64,000 nucleotides of DNA from Chiloscyllium plagiosum. Its lineage: Eukaryota. The stretch spans positions 33,491,968 to 33,555,967 of the forward strand of contig NC_057718.1 of NCBI RefSeq assembly GCF_004010195.1, read 5' to 3'. Position numbers and translations under genes: made by a program. Numbering within the stretch: the stretch's first letter is position 1; the number at the start of each line of letters is the position of its first letter. This document shows positions 62,830 to 64,000 of this stretch, one piece after another. The notes under the pieces were generated by a model. It saw only the letters and a program-made list of their open reading frames with translations, searched no databases and was not told the origin of the DNA.

Positions 62830-63934
62830 CTAGGAAATAAAGAATATGTATGCACAGATGATGGAGGCTTATTTCGTTTTAATATTCTATATTAAAAGCT
62901 CTAAACAGCAAATAAGACATCAGACATTTTTTAACAAAAAATAGGACAGATAATGTTTTATTATACCAGTTGAGCTTATAGGAAGAGGCTGAATCAGTCT
63001 GTAAAAAACAGGAAGATGATTGATATAATTCCTGATCCATATTGATCGAGATGATCTCAGTAAAAGAACAAGATCAGTAACTAAAAATTAAAATGTTCTG
63101 CCTTTGAAGGTCTCTCTTATAGTTATCTTGTCCAAATTAATTTTACATGCATATTCGAAGTGTAAAGTGGAAGTTCATGCTTTGTTTGGAAACACCAAAT
63201 TTGAGAGGAATCGTTCAGCTAGCTTGTGTAAGGATCTCATTTAACCCTTAGTGCGAAGAACTGTTCTGAGAGAGCAAGTTACCACACTGAGAAATGAAAA
63301 TAACTGTATAATCCGGGAGAGTTGAATGCCTACTTAAAAAGGACAGAGAGACATATCCTGGTTTAGAGGTTATTTTTGCTTGTGTAAGAAGTTCTGTTTT
63401 GTAGTTTTGAAGTAAAAGTTGCCTCCAAAAACTGTTTAGTAAATAGTGCTGATAATCTGTCTGTTACAGTAAACATGTTAAAACATAAATCCTTTTGTAT
63501 CATGCTTTCAGCTATTTATGGGAATTTCAGATTTCCTTTCAATGGTCTTTACAGACAAAAATTAACTCTTTCTACTTCATTTCCCTCCTTGAAAACTACC
63601 TCTAATCAAGCATTTGATTACGTCTCCTCCTAACTTCTTATGTGGCTCAAAGCAATGTTTTACGTTATAATACTCTGGTGGCAATGCCATGAGATATAGT
63701 GTTTAAACACAATGGAACAAGATGTTGTTGTTGTACTAATGCCTTAAAAAATCAAGACTAATTTTAGAATCCCAAGAGAAAAAAAATGTAGAAATCTACA
63801 CATAATGGAATAAAAACAATAATCATAGCAAATCCCACAAAATCTCAGAAGGTCTGCTTTCTGTGGAACAACAGACAAATGTAATATCTCAGTTATGTGA
63901 CCTTCCATCAGAGGTGGAAAAAATTAGAGATGTA

Positions 63935-64000
63935 GGCAAAAGTGAGGACTGCAGATGCTGGAAACTTTTCCTGCTCCTCGGATGCTGCCTGACCTGCTGT
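63935..64000. mobile_element. PLE pLTR fragment (family of 45500), cut by the window edge
   Basis: aaagtgaggactgcagatgctgga joined to cctgctcctcggatgctgcctgacctgctg. Confidence 0.7.

Noticed and set aside
62967..62998. Candidate 32-nt microexon on the minus strand (strong acceptor ttcctgttttttacag, donor G|gtataa)
   Set aside because: The donor is weak, the length is not a multiple of 3, and the peptide is not recognisable in PLEKHH2. It needs RNA evidence.

Overview
Eukaryotic, AT-rich vertebrate DNA, most likely from a shark or other elasmobranch. That assignment is inferred from the repeat content: HE1-type tRNA SINEs, Deu-domain SINEs, abundant CR1 LINEs and Penelope-like elements. The only host gene I can support is PLEKHH2 on the minus strand. 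It has 21 GT-AG coding exons from 62829 to the stop at 12453 (2777 nt, about 924 aa: Ser-rich linker, tandem PH, MyTH4, FERM, C-terminal -PTLL), all phase-compatible. Its 5' part lies beyond the right edge. Downstream (leftwards) are a perfect RFX X-box, a Tx1-like LINE split by a solo LTR, and a CpG-enriched promoter-like region at about 7.2-7.65 kb, with no coding exon I can recognise. Introns are full of decayed transposons. The most interesting non-obvious signal is a set of Penelope-like element (PLE) insertions from at least three families that carry minimal hammerhead-ribozyme motifs. One is a young, TSD-flanked, non-coding 181-bp near-perfect palindrome (45536-45716) with a hammerhead on each strand, about 100 nt from a PLEKHH2 splice donor. 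Repeat boundaries are approximate unless TSDs or TIRs are given. Family names come from recalled motifs, not database searches.
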